From NCBI GenBank assembly GCA_030141605.1, contig JAQGDQ010000003.1, positions 2,666,001-2,730,000 of the forward strand: a DNA stretch of 64,000 nt, given 5' to 3'. The position numbers and the translations under genes are program-made. This document shows positions 48,704 through 62,012 of this stretch, in pieces (positions within the stretch are counted from its first letter, which is position 1; every line of letters begins with the position of its first letter). Under the pieces are notes generated by a model. It made no database searches and was not told the origin of the DNA. It saw only the letters and a list, made by a program, of their open reading frames with translations. The stretch comes from Tubiluchus corallicola (lineage: Eukaryota; Animalia; Priapulida).

Positions 48704-51700
48704 TCAGTAGCCGTTTGCTTTCTGTATCACTCTTGACTCAGCTGCCGAAGGACAGTTCTGCAAAGTGACAAAAACATGAATGCAATTATGATTAAAATTA
48801 ATAGTCATTTTTAAAGCTAACATTTTTCTTGTCAATAAATGGCGGCTCATGCTTTGCAAGATATATACTATAGCAACAAAAACAAATAACTGTATCTTTA
48901 AGTATTGGCCATGTAAACGTTTAAGTGCAGCAACTGAATTTGGGCATAATTGGTATTTCCAAACTGCCCTTGTAATGAACTCTGGCTATGTGCACAGAAA
49001 AGATCACTAAACTGATAAAGCAGTTATTGTTTAAAACTTAATTATTGTTTGTTCAGGCACAAATGTGAGCATGGTGTACATAACATTAATATTTTACTAA
49101 AACAAATGAAGGACATAAAAACAAACTGTGTCAATAACTAGCTAATCAAAAGTAACACTTGTAAATAAAAAAAAATCTGTTTAATAATAACCATACTCAC
49201 AAAAGGGGTTCTTTCTCCAAACTTGCTGTAGAAATTGACTTTGATCAGTCTTCTGTGTGCCGTCTTTTCATCAAAAGAGTAACACTCGTCGTAAGGAGGA
49301 GAGTAGAGGTGAAGAGAACATGCCAGTTCGGTGTTTGAAGCATTCTCTATTCTGTGCAAGCCAATAGAGTCTGAAAAAGTAGGGTACATATACTCCTTAC
49401 GAGTATTGTGTTGGAGAATACATGTGCATTTTACATTGCGTTGACTAACTGACTTTGCTCTTCATAAGTAAATTCAAGTGATGAGTGAAAGCAGCCAAGC
49501 CCAACTCTGGCTTGTATTCACAAATAATTTGCTTACACCATTTATCTACTTACATGTAGCTAAATTTGAAAATATATAAATAAAAATCAGTTGCTAAGCG
49601 CAAAAACTAGATGCACAAGTTATATTAACAGAGGAAAACAAAGGGTCTGACTTAACGAACAATTAAGTTTTAGGCCCACGATCACAACAGAGAATTTCAA
49701 CAATCAAAAGATTCGAACTTAAAGCAAAACCGGATCCAATGTAAAACTGTAGGTCAAAACAACTTATGCTTTAAAATATTGAAAGGAAACACAGTTTTTT
49801 AAAGAATAACTTACGTGAACGAATTATTACCACACTAACAAAATTTCCCGTTCGCGCCACTATTTCTTCGCTGTTACATGCGTTTTGCCATTCGCTAGTT
49901 AGGTGAACTCTAGCGCTTGCATTTCGGAAAGTGTTGCACAAAACAATAGGTACTGTACCTCTCAGTTTAGATGTGTTCGTTTGTGATGAACTACACACGT
50001 TTGATAGCTCATGATTGAGCACAGCGGTAAATTTGAAATTTGAATCTTTATCTTAACATTTGCCGAGTTTTAGTACAACACAATGAATATCTTACAGTAG
50101 CACTGTACTTCAATTTTCACTTTCGCAAACGCTCGCGGAATATTTTTGCTGTTGAAAATTACGTAAGTTTGTGATGTCGTCGCTTGTTTGGGTCGCTCGC
50201 CGTTAATTAAGCTTTTAATCTATTATTTAATTATCATATACGCTTGTGCAGTATTAATTGTGCCAAAATGAAAAATCATCCTGTCTTCCTTTAACATAGG
50301 GCTTTTGCACATATTTATTGGATGTCACTCAGCTGGGTGTCCAGCACTGAATTGCAGAACGTACTTTTTCTGAAATCAAGTATATCTTGTGTCGTACAGC
50401 ATTATGAAGGATGAATCTCTGGGATGAGGTACTGAACCGATTGAGCCGTTTTCGGATGTATCAGTGAAAAAATGCGCCGTATAGCTAACGAAACCGACCA
50501 GTAATTTTTCCTGGCAGCCGCTCATTCACTCACTAAACAGACCAGCGTTGCCTAACTACAATCGTTCGACGATTTAGTGTACATTATTCGACTTGCTAAA
50601 CAAACAAGCGAACGCCAGGATGGAAACATAACATACACGCACTTTATCAGAGAGATTTTTCATTATATATACATACACACACACACGCACGCACGCACGC
50701 GCGCACCTCTTGGTTGTTTTAGAAGGAAATATGTTTCACCATTCCTCTACCATCCAAAATATTGAAAAAGGAACTAGATCTTTCAGTCACCAAATCGTGT
50801 AGACTTAAGTCATTATCTTTTTTCTTTGATCTTCAAACAACGAATAAGACCTTACAACTGTAGATGCTGTACGCATTGTCTCGCCTTTTCCTTTATGTCC
50901 ATTTCTATTCTGTCACCAAAAAAGGCAATAGCTACGTGTTCTGAGAAGTGCCACACACAAATAATTGCAAAAAACCGCAAAGGCTTTGTTGGCAGTAGTT
51001 TCATTTAGGTAAGATTCATTTCATCTTGAGAACAGGCAAAAGTTCAATGTCAAAAATTCAGAGCAGTTCGAATAAACAATACACGGTGGTACCTCTGACA
51101 CAGTGCGAATCTATTATATTTTAAAAATTTAATGTGGAAGGTTGGGTGTCTCGCACAGCCTGCAATTTTGAGAAGTATGATCAGATCAGTGACTTGCAGA
51201 AGGTCCTGAAACACATCCTGCAGATGTCTCACAAGCTTGTTTCTCGAATACTGTTCAATGACATGTCATTGGATCATCTAAGCGACAACTTTGCCCTTCA
51301 GAATAGCTCCAGTGTGTTATGTTAGGCGTTTTGAGGTCCGGTAAATTTTCATGTCATTCTGTTCTATTGAAAAAATTAATACTAGAGTTTTTAGGCCACT
51401 GTTCCAATCATACCCTTCAAAATCGTCCATATTAAATTTTGGGGGCATGATAGATTTGCAACTGTTTCAGCAATCCTTTCATGTAATAAATTGTTCTGTT
51501 TTAGTTTGTTCTTGTACTCCAATAACAAAAGGTCATGTACCACCCTGTGCTTCACGTACACAAGGCTTAAAAATAGAGCTAAGTCTATCACATTTTTGAT
51601 ATTTTGTGGTGTTCATCTAGAGTTGATTTTAAAAGTAGAATATCTTTAAAACATAAAACTATGCCTTTGCAATCCATTGGCCATGATGGATTGGCCTTGG

Positions 51701-54700
51701 AGCTAGAAATAGCTTCCCTCGACGAAGAAGAATCGCAACTGCGTATCGTCTCTAGGCTGCTGAGTTTCTAAGGCACGATTTCAAGCGGTACTCACACTGC
51801 TTCACAATCAACTTGTAGCTATTGGCAGTGTTCTTCCATTATCAAACTGAAAGAACTGCACAAGGCGGGACACGTCTAGTCCACCTTTGCAGTTAATTAT
51901 AGCGGATATACATGTACATATGCTTTCTGCATCTGACCTCAAACCTAATGATGGCACTGTGTCAAAATAAAGAATTTCTGCTATAACAAGACGCAAATAA
52001 AATATCATGCGTTTATCGTTAACGGCTCATTTGTGAAGCATTGGACGCAACATATATACATTCCTTATGATAAGGTGTGCATACATTATACCTGTAAATT
52101 TGTAGCTGAAAAGAAATTCAAGGAGGTATAACTAAGCCGAGGTATTGATTAGTGCTTGACTTTCAAAAAGGTTATTGACGTAAATTTTTGCTGCCATTTT
52201 TCAAGTTTATCAGTTGTTTATATTTGGCTGTTTGTAACTGCGTAAACATTCCTAAGTTTCAGAAAGTGGTGTCAGTTGCACAATTTATTAACCCCAAGTA
52301 AACTAAAGTGCAACTTGCGAACAGCGGGGAATAGCTAGGTCAACTAATGCCAGTCAGTGGCTTCAGGGAAAAACGGGAAAAAGCGGGGCAACTAATATCG
52401 CAACATTAGCCGTTATGGCTTCTTGAATATATGTAAATAACTAGACCTGTGACATACTTTTTAATACTTTTGGCCACTTAGTTAGGCCTAAATTATAAGT
52501 AGTTTACAACCGAATAATTTGTATATTACATCACAGACCTTTCTAAGTCTTAGTTTATTCTGCAACGTCAAACTCTCTCCTTGACATTTAAATAAACTTA
52601 GGCCTGCCAAATGTTATGCCAAAAGTTCGTTTGACGTTTAGCAAAACTTCGCTGCAATACGACAATTTTCCGCATTCAAAGACTGAACAGGTCGGCCGCA
52701 AAACTGAAACAAGTACTGGTTTTATCTAATACCCGAAAATCGGACATTTATTTGCGAACAGCAGCAGTTTTTTTCATTGTGGTCTTACAAATTTGGAGTT
52801 GCCAAATATTTGATAGCGTGGGTGAAAAAATCTCTACATGTAGGCTCTATTATAGCCTAGAGGCAGTGCTATGAACTGGTGATTATTTTGAAACTGACTA
52901 AGCCTGTTAGTGTAACCTAGCCTGTGTAAGTCCTAAGTAACTACATTTTTATTCATTTTAAATGAGTCTACTAATTGACAATCGGCAACCCGTAGAACAC
53001 TGTATTTATTTTTTTGATTGGTTATAATTTTACTTCTGACAACAAAGTCCATATAAAAATACAATACATAAAATCCGTGAAATTAAAATAGCCTTAACTA
53101 AAATCTAATTACTAAAAATAAAGATTAAATTACTTGCACACAAACACATATTTACAAGAAAACGATTATAGGAATGTAATTATATACAAGAAAACGATTA
53201 TATGAATATATTACATTATCATCATTTTTAACTTTGTTCTCTTTTCTATGAGAAACATTGACTTTAAAAGTGGCTTTGCTTGTGAGCACAGTACTTGAAG
53301 ATCTTTAGCAGTACATGGCGCATACAACTTCGTCTACTCATATGAAGTTGCTAATCCATAAAAATAGGTGAAGACAGATTTGGTATGCAGTTCGCAAGTC
53401 GAAATGGTGCAACTGCTAACGTCTTTAAACGTTTTGTACAGAATTTTTAATCTTAGAAACTGCTGAAGGACGGGACGTGAAAAATGTGGTTGAATGAAGA
53501 TGCTTTAAATTTGTAAAGCCCAGAAGCATGCAACAGCAACAATAAATTTAAAAGAAAAATAAGTTTATAGACAGCGTCTTTTTCGAAATCTGATTATTTA
53601 GGTAAGTATAGTTTAAGCTGTTAATTTATTCTACTTAATCTTAGCTTTTTCCTGCTTCTTTTCACTTCTTTTGGCTTAATTATATGTTTTGCATGCATAT
53701 TCGCTTTTAGTGAGCCGAAACAATGCAGGTAGGCATGCGTAATGCTTCTTCACCCATATTTCATCAGTTTTGATCCACTAGCAAACTCCGTAACACGGGC
53801 TCGCGCCTAGGACCTCAAACACAGTACGATAACTCTCGTTTTTATTTCTTGAATTTAGTAACTTTGCTGCATCTTACTTTCATTAATTGTTTTAGAAACG
53901 TTTACTGAAAATAAGGGATGTAGGGCGTATAGAAAAAATTAATGTTATGGGTTGCAACTTGCAAGTTCAGCTGCACGTGTAAAAATACATAAAACAGCCA
54001 GAACGCACGAAACACTAATCAAGTTTCAGGTAAATTTCGCGCAGCTGAATATTTAATAACGTTTTCTCTCCATTTCTTGCGAAAACAAAATCGACAAACT
54101 GGAATCATGTCAAAGACAAACATGTCTGCCGTGACGTAGAACACGCGCTTATTACAATGTCAAACACAACGCTCTCTGCCGGGCGAGAGAATAATTACAC
54201 AAAGTTTACATAGGTTATTAAATACACCGCCTGCATGTGAATAAAACACATAATAATCAAGCAGATACGTTTAGGGACTTGTAAGTGATCTGGCATGCAA
54301 TTCGATCATCCACCTCCTGGCAACATATACTTAAAAGAGATATCCTAGTAGCACACGCGCTCTGTTCACGTTCCATTTAATGTTATCTTCACCCTCGCAA
54401 GATCGCACCATTTTAGAGGCAAGTCAAAAGACAACAGATCAAATAAATTAAGCTAGTTGGCGATAAAGAAGGAAAAACTCATCCATTTGGTCTGTTTGGC
54501 TTTGTAATTAATCCTACTTTAAAAATGGCTGCCAATAGAAGATCAAATTCGGTAACTAGATAAGTAGAAAGCGGATGTCATTAGCAAATCTCAAACTCTA
54601 ACGAAAAGCTTTCTCTTCACCAAACATGGTTTTGTCAGAGCACTGTTTTGCCCGATGAAATTATGTACGTATTTATATTGGTCTTGCTGCTGCTGCAGTA

Positions 54701-56008
54701 ACTGTTGTAGTTAACCGTTGTCGCAATCATTGTTGTCGCCGTCTACATCGTTGTTGCTGTCATTGAGCTTATAGGGAAACCAACATTTTTTTGGCAAATC
54801 AACACCAGCTTCCTGGTACTGCCATGTAGTGATGTATGCAAATCGAGGCAAACACCTTGCCAAACCCTTGAATCTAAAATTTTGAACTATAAAATTATGA
54901 TATACGACCTAAAATTTTGAAATTTGTCTCGAAAACTACAAAAATAATTATTTCTCCGATACTTGCAACTTGCAGATGCAAAAATACGTGGCAAGTTAGC
55001 ACAATGATTAATGAAACGCAAGAACTCACTGCAACGTCGGGCAAAGGAAAAGTGACTAAACCCATTCCTATCTGCTCTTTTGATTCGTTTTATAATTTTG
55101 AAACATTTGGTATTTTGTTTGCAGATGCATGAGACAATGAGAAGTCCATTGCTTCACTACAACAAAATGTCCTTTCATGCAGAATCGATGTAAAAATACA
55201 TTCTGCACAAGCTTGTAATCAGCTGCAATATATATATATATATACTGCTCTGTATAGTTAAAGATAAAAGCATTTGTACAGAATGCCTTTTGTATTGTCT
55301 CTTTAGGTTTCTCTGAATATGTTTGTCGACAGGCATGCGACTATAGGCTAATGCAATGCAAACTTTGCTTACTGAATAGGTATTGACAAAAACTCGAGAA
55401 TTCTGAAAATGTTTTTATTCATTATGCTGTATGAAAGTCAGTCCTATATTAAACAATAAACTGCGCTTATCCGAGTGTCTTTTTATTTATAATTCAATTC
55501 GGCTGAAACTCGCAGTGAATTCATCGAAGTGTTCTGGTCTTGTAAACAGCGTGGATTGTCATTAGAAATGCCAGCCGTTACGGCAAAGGCAGCCCCCGCA
55601 TTGGAGTGCTTAAGTGCAAGAAGTCAAGTATTTCAAAACATTTTTGGTAACTCTCTCCGAGGAAGAGAAAAAAATTTGAAGTGCAAGTTTTACAGTGCGG
55701 CCGTATAGTTGTTTTACTGCAAGGTTAGCATACCGTTAATGTATGCCACATCATCTTCATGTACATTCAATCTTCGTGTTTTGTTTAATTTCTCGTCATC
55801 TTCTGCTGGCCAGTCGTACAAGGTCTCTGTCAAAGTGCCCTCCATAACCTACGTACAAATACACATTGTAAGTTGCGGTTAAGTGCAACAACAAATTCTA
55901 GCTAAAAACGGACACTCCAGTTTGCACATGTCCATGGGCTAATATAGTGATAAAAGTGGTGATAATTTCACATGTGTTACTAAGGGCAGCTGACATGATA
56001 ACCAACTG

Positions 56009-56074
<66 letters not shown>

Positions 56075-56899
56075 TGCGTGCGTGCGTGTGTGTGTGTGTG
56101 TGTGCGTGTGCGTGTTTGTGTGCGTGTGTGTGTCAAGATAAACTAAAGATTACAGTACGCTAGATTATGTTAGTATTTTTTTAATGAAAATGAGAACAAA
56201 ATTTCTGAATTTCTCGTGTATTTAAAATAGCGTCAATTAACAGAGCATAACTATGTATATAAATATACACTTAAATACTTTACAATTACGTGCTGTAATT
56301 AATTCGACAGGTCTAGAACTAAAGACGTATGCTACAGTTAAACAGCACCAGGCCTGATAAGTAAATGAGTAGGTAATGACTATCTAACAATCTAACAACA
56401 ACGATGACAGTACAACGCACGCCTGCATTGTTAGCTGTTACTTATCCACTATAGTTGCGTTTACTTACAGACTAAATTGGCTAACGACTGTAAAAATGAG
56501 CAGCAGAAATATTTAAAGACTAAAAAGCTAAAGACATATTCCAAGCAAGAATGACAACTTTGTCAAATTGGAACTAAACGGATTGCCCCCTTGCGTTTCA
56601 TTCTGAACACCTAATTTTAAGGGGCACATAATGCTAGGTAGTGAAACCAGGAATCCGTATGACACACGCATGGTAGTCTACTGACCAGATTGCACTATGG
56701 ACACAGATTTTGGCTTCTGATCTGCATTATGTACTAGCTTCGATGGCTGCACATACAAGTTAGCTACAAATTATAACGTACCTTCAAGAAGCAATGAGAC
56801 TTGGCGTGACTATGTATGCTAGACGCTTGACCTTCTGACCAGCACAGCATCATCAAATTATACTTCCCATTTCCATCGTCCACTAAATTTCTTGTGTAT
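48704..56899 (-). CDS. CDO1: Cysteine dioxygenase type 1 (5'-partial; first exon not found in the window)
   Basis: Exons 56899-56782 ([39 protein letters not shown]), 55848-55734 ([14 protein letters not shown]...VAYIN), 49370-49201 ([10 protein letters not shown]...[12 protein letters not shown]...SKFGERTPF) and probable last exon 48757-48704 ([17 protein letters not shown]). The 3-His iron site, Arg60, the Cys93/Tyr157 cross-link pair and the Ser-His-Tyr triad (mammalian numbering) are all retained. Confidence 0.96.
49201..49370 (-). CDS. CDO1: CDO1-like exon (His140, Ser153-His155-Tyr157)
   Basis: TTTTTCAG|AC acceptor, TTT|GTGAGT donor. Confidence 0.97.
55734..55848 (-). CDS. CDO1: CDO1-like exon (cupin core)
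   Basis: CGTAG|GTT acceptor, AACG|GTATGC donor; 115 nt, phase 0-1. Confidence 0.95.
56011..56132. repeat. (GT)n/(GCGT)n microsatellite in a CDO intron
   Basis: Directly visible. Confidence 0.98.
56782..56899 (-). CDS. CDO1: CDO1-like exon (Arg60, His86, His88, Cys93)
   Basis: CTGCAG|A acceptor, AAG|GTACGT donor; 118 nt, phase 2-0. Confidence 0.96.
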
Positions 56900-57189
56900 C
56901 TGCAGTAGAAAAGCATACTTTCAACTTCAATTTATACACATTGTTTTATTGCTATTCCTGTGACAAGTTATCCAGTATAAGAGAGGATGAAGGCACTATA
57001 GGTAGCTGGTCTCTCTTTAAAGCTTGACTGAAGATTTTGTTAATGTTAGAGCCACTAACTTTTTCAGTTACTGTAGTGTATTGTTAATCGTGCAGTTTGT
57101 TAAATTTTTATTTTTTCAGTTGTAGTATAGTTTTGCTTTTGTGGTGTATTGTGCATTGTTGGATTGATTTTTACTACATTTTGAATTAT

Positions 57190-57284
57190 AACCACCGCCA
57201 CTGTCACTGTCACCACCAGCAGTACCAGCACCATCACCGCCACCAACACCAGCACTACCACCATCATCAACACCGTTATTATCA
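57190..57284. repeat. Degenerate (CAC/CAT)n trinucleotide repeat
   Basis: Directly visible; accounts for the spurious poly-His ORF. Confidence 0.9.
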
Positions 57285-58338
57285 TGTAAGATATATATTG
57301 CATGTACGCTACAGTGCTAGAAGCTTAAAAAAGTCAAAGGACACGGATATGCGAAAAAGTCTATGTAATATATCCACGAATTTCTATTAGAAAGTTTAAT
57401 TATTTTTTTAGAAAGTAAAGTTCTGCACGCAGTTAAACTGTTTTTTGGCGGCAAAAATCATTATGATTCTGCAATGTCCGCAGGCTGTGTATGAATTCTG
57501 TAGAGATGTGATTAATTTTATTATTCCTGCAGTATAAATTATTATTGCCTGCCCAACGGGACCTGATGACAAATGATATAAATCAGTCAATCTGTGAGGC
57601 GTGACTTATTGCCTTCGCCAATCTAAATGAGGTTTGGGTGCGGTGCCTTCTAAATTCTACTCCTGGAAACAATTTAGACTTAGTACACACCACAAAAAGT
57701 CTATAGTCGGGTACCAATCACTGTTTACTTATGATGTAAAATAAATTTCTCACTAAAAGTATGCCGCAAATCGGCGCAGAACCTCTAACACACTATAACC
57801 ACTTTATTGCAGCTTTAGGATAAGTAGGATGCAGGCTATAACAGTTTATTAACGTGTCGGAAATACTGCTAACGATACAGTGTCATATTTTAGTTGACAA
57901 ACTAAAATACTTCTTAATACTTCCTCAGCGCCGATGTGTGATAAAAGTGAAGAGTATTTAGTGATAATATTAGAAAGTCTCAGTTCCCAGTTTTAGGAAA
58001 TCTACAGTTAGACAGCAACGTTTTAAGGCGATCTTGCTGCCTAGTAACACTATAGAGTTTCGTTCTTTTGTTTCTGGCTCCTAAACACACCGTAAACCCT
58101 AAATTCATTTTAACCAACAGTTTATTGGCTAAAATGCACTTCTTTGTTGCACCTCGGGTCAGTGCTTCTGTGTTAATAATAATGACCGTTTTTTTGTAGT
58201 TCCCTTTGTCCTTTCTTATTATGTGCTTAATTGGTGATTGTTTTATAAATTACAAAATACAAAAATAGCTTTTTCTATTCTCCTTGCACCAGAACATAGT
58301 TTACAGTAATGTACTTCTTTTTTCAATTATTTGTGGAA

Positions 58339-58775
58339 TTCTTGACCGAGGGCTCGACCCAAATTGCTACTCTTCTAGATGTTGTTGTTTTTGCTGTTGC
58401 TGACGGATGACCGTACGAAAAAAAGCTTAACGCTCCGTGACATCGCGACGGATAGTCATGAAACTACAGAAATATACTAAAAAAAGCCATACGCATGAAT
58501 GTCGGCGTCGGATTTTTTATTTGCCACTTTGAATTCAAGATGGCAGCGATAACATCATTTTAAAAAAACGCCTAAGACTCTTCTAATTCGCAACGGATCG
58601 TCAATAAATTTATTGAAACGTAAAGAACAAATTCCGCATCCATCGACGGAGTAGGATTTCCGATTTGGCATCTTAAATTCTAGATGGCGGCGTTAACATC
58701 ATTTCTAATCCACGATCTTGAGCTTGTTTATCAGCTAGAGCTACAAATCATAAGCTTTCATATTTTCATAATTGT
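58339..58775 (+). mobile_element. Helentron-associated interspersed element (HINE/DINE-1/pearl-like)
   Basis: T-rich start, a short GC-rich head (GACCGAGGGCTCGACCC), a (GTT)-type microsatellite, then two diverged tandem units with a 144-bp period (AATTCWAGATGGCRGCGWTAACATCATTT). This architecture is typical of HINEs. Confidence 0.55.
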
Positions 58776-60954
58776 AATGCTGCTTGAGTATTGGATACAG
58801 TAAATGCGATAACCAGCTAATAATAAGTACATTGTAAATAGTACTTTTACCTACAAGCAATTGTTGCCGGTAAATAAACAATATTATCCTTGTGGTTTAT
58901 GCAAATAATCTTTGTAGTTAAATAAAGAGAAATGTAATGAAGTGTGATGACGAATTAAATCAGAACCAAATACGACGTGATACTCCTTAATGAGGGGCAA
59001 TGATCAGTAAGGAAAGGAATATTTTCTTGCAAAGGCAGGCTATGCAACGCGAGGGTTAATACGTGCAGTAGAAACACAAATACACGTAGAAGAAAAAATT
59101 AATGCTTCACAGATCGTGACGTGAAATAGTAGGCTAATTATAAATTATAATACTTAAAGAGATTCATAAAGAAATATTTTACTATTTACAGTTTATATTG
59201 CTCGAAATAATTCAGCTGTTTATGGCGGTGGTATTAATCCAATTAACCGGTAAACAATAATATGTATGGAAATTAGTTAATACTTGTTATATCTTACTAG
59301 AGCTAATACTAGTATCAAACCTATTAACTGTATTGCCGTTACCGGGTTCCACTGTTTGAAGACTTACGTCCCAAACATCTAGCGAAAATTATGGCACTTA
59401 AAACTTACTCCCACGCAACAATATGCTTCCTGTGAAATATTTACGATGTCTTACCGAAACGTTTGCTATCATATCACTCAGTTTCTGACAAGCGCTTGAA
59501 TATTTAATCATGGCATTTTGTTAAGGACCCATTTGCGGCGGTTAAAGTCGGACATTATGTCTCATTACGCAACATGCTGTTTAGCCTCCCTGCTTATATA
59601 ACTCACAATTTGTTTTATTAGCTTGTCAATTATACAGTGATGTATAAGCCACAAATAGGCAATATTAGCGACAACAAGCACATTAATAATTTATGACCCG
59701 AACTCTTTATTACAACGAGCGTTATTATCATGACTTACCATCATCATCATTTTTCAATTCGTAAAATTTGACAAAATTAAACGTTATACGGCTATAAAAG
59801 AAGAGGAAGGCTGGCTATATAAGGTGAGAGTACGAATAAAATTAGCAAAGCTTAGGCTCAGTATTTAAAGGTAGTAGTAATATTTGTTATTACCCAATGA
59901 TCATGTTTGGTCGTTTGTCCTTCGTCACAAAAACTGACTTGTACCAAATTTATAGACTACATGGTATAACGAAATGATTCTGCGCGTGCGCAAACACGCG
60001 CGGTAAACACCTACATGTTTTGTAGTTCACAACACCACGTAGTACAGTAAAACTACACCTGGCATTTACTCCCAGTATATTCGCGGGCAAAACTATTTCA
60101 AAAATATATGGTATATTTCTATACCATGTCACATTTAAAGTAGTTTAATTACCAGGCCACATTTAAAGCTGTTTAAGAGTAAAGTTAAAAGTAATCAAGA
60201 AAAAAATTCAAAAAGAATAAAGTTAGGCCAAACAGTTACAGTTCTGGCTAAGTAAATAACGATAGAAAGAAGAAATGAAGCAAACGATCACGTCTTTTAA
60301 CCCCGATTCATTAAAACAATTTTTAAAGCTCTGTGGCCTTGAAGTTTTTCCCAAGTTCATGCTAAAAACCACAAAGTGAAAAAATCCCCTAGGATAGCAG
60401 CTTTATTAACTTGTTTTAAATTAACTTAAAACTCACCTCTCTCACTCTGCCAGCAGATACAGGCCCAATTCAGCCTGGATATACTGTGAATGCGTGATTT
60501 GCGTGAGTGGTTTTCTTCGAGTAAAGCTAGGCTTATTTATTATTTATATGTTATTACGCTTCCTACGTATGAATTTTTCTGTTTTACTTGTTTCAGCACC
60601 AAATGCTTTATATGCATTAAGTTCACAATAACATGAGAACTTGCCACGTGCGATGCTGCCTCGTTTCGAAATATAACCGACTTTATCACACCCCAATCTT
60701 GTTAGGAGCAGGTAAATACAGGTTCCTTATCAACAAATTAGTCCTATGCCTAAATACGTTTAAGCGAATTGCCGTTATGTAAACAGTAATAGAATCGGAA
60801 AATTGAAACAGCTAGTAGTAAAACTGCAAAAAATAGGTTCTTCGTGCAGGACAATGAATTAGCATTAACAAATTATTTATCTCACGCACGCCTAACCTTT
60901 TTCCTAGCTTGGATCGCAGAACGTTGCTAATTTTTTTTGTGGTTATAGTGTTTA

Positions 60955-62012
60955 TTGCCAGTTATGACTTCCAGCTTTCCAGTCATAGTTTGCGTTGCCA
61001 ATCATAGCTTCACTTGCTATTCATGTCTCCAGTTTCCAGGCAAATTTCTCTCTGTGGTCATGCTTTTAATTGTTAGGTATAACTTCACATGCTAGTCATA
61101 TGGCTTTAGTCAAGGCCCCGCGTTTTCGTCACGGTTTTGTTATGGTCAATAAAAGTTGCCAACTACAGCTTTAATTTGGAATTATGGCTTTAATTGACAG
61201 AAGTAGCTTCTTTTATAAAACATGCCAGCCACGACTACACGAGATGGTTGTTGTTCTGTCTGCTAGTCACAACTTTGTTTGCCAGCCATGGCTTTTGTTA
61301 GTAGTTATAGCTTTAGTTGCCAAGCATTGCTTTAGTTTCTGGTCATGGCTTCAATTTCTGGCTATGGTTTCAGTTTCCAAGTATGGCTTTTGTTAGGCCT
61401 ATTAGTCATTTTTAGTTGCCTTTCTTCAGTTATCATGCAACGAGTTATCATTTGGGGGGTTATGATCATAGTCAATATAATTGGCTTTACTTTCCAGCCA
61501 TAGAGTGGATTCCATTTATGGCTTCATTGCTAATCATTGATAGCTTTGGTTTCAACTAACGATCATGGTGCTATGCAGTTGAAGATCGTGATTTCGGTTG
61601 CTAATCAAAATCTTTATTACCAATACGCCCAATAGTCAATGGCCAATTACGGCAACAATTGCTGGTCTCTGATGCATATTGTCAGTGTATTGTCATGGCT
61701 CTACACATGCCTGTCGGTATTTCCTTGTTTTAGCCCAAGGTGAAGACATTAACTGACCGCCACAGCTCCAGTTCACAGTCATAGTTTCGCCTGCTAGGAC
61801 GTGTCCTAGCTATAGCAGCCATCATGACGTCAGGTACTGACCGTGACGTCAAGCTTTCAGTTACTAGCGATGTGCTTAAATGAAGGTCATGATTCGCACT
61901 ACATATGTTATACTTTCAGCTGCAAATAATGGCCTTAGGCTTTTAGCTTCAGTCTCTTGCTTTAGCTGCCAATCATGATTTCACTGCAGGCCACAGTTTT
62001 AGTTGCCAGCTC
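60955..62012. repeat. Old degenerate minisatellite, unit about 19 bp (consensus about AGTCATGGCTTCAGTTGCC)
   Basis: Consecutive units such as GTCATAGTTTGCGTTGCCA / ATCATAGCTTCACTTGCTA / TTCATGTCTCCAGTTTCCA, and GTCATGGCTTCAATTTCTG / GCTATGGTTTCAGTTTCCA, traceable over about 1 kb. Confidence 0.8.

Noticed and set aside
48563-48706. Selenocysteine or readthrough at the CDO TGA (the frame stays open for about 46 more codons)
   Set aside because: The context TGA-AGC is not a readthrough motif, I could not build a SECIS (AUGA...AA...GA) downstream, and the extension does not resemble a protein.
49815-50022. Alternative CDO exon (open frame ending at a phase-1 GTAAGT donor)
   Set aside because: No in-frame ATG or convincing acceptor, and the product would lack two iron ligands.
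57097-57390. Poly-His protein, and similar repeat ORFs at 10681, 12343, 55939 and 55947
   Set aside because: Translations of microsatellites.
60437-60500. CDO exon 1 at the strong minus-strand donor GAG|GTGAGT
   Set aside because: The required phase-2 frame contains a TGA and no frame resembles the CDO N-terminus; at most a non-coding exon.
60955-62012. CRISPR-like array
   Set aside because: Contiguous degenerate units with no unique spacers, eukaryotic context, and no cas genes.
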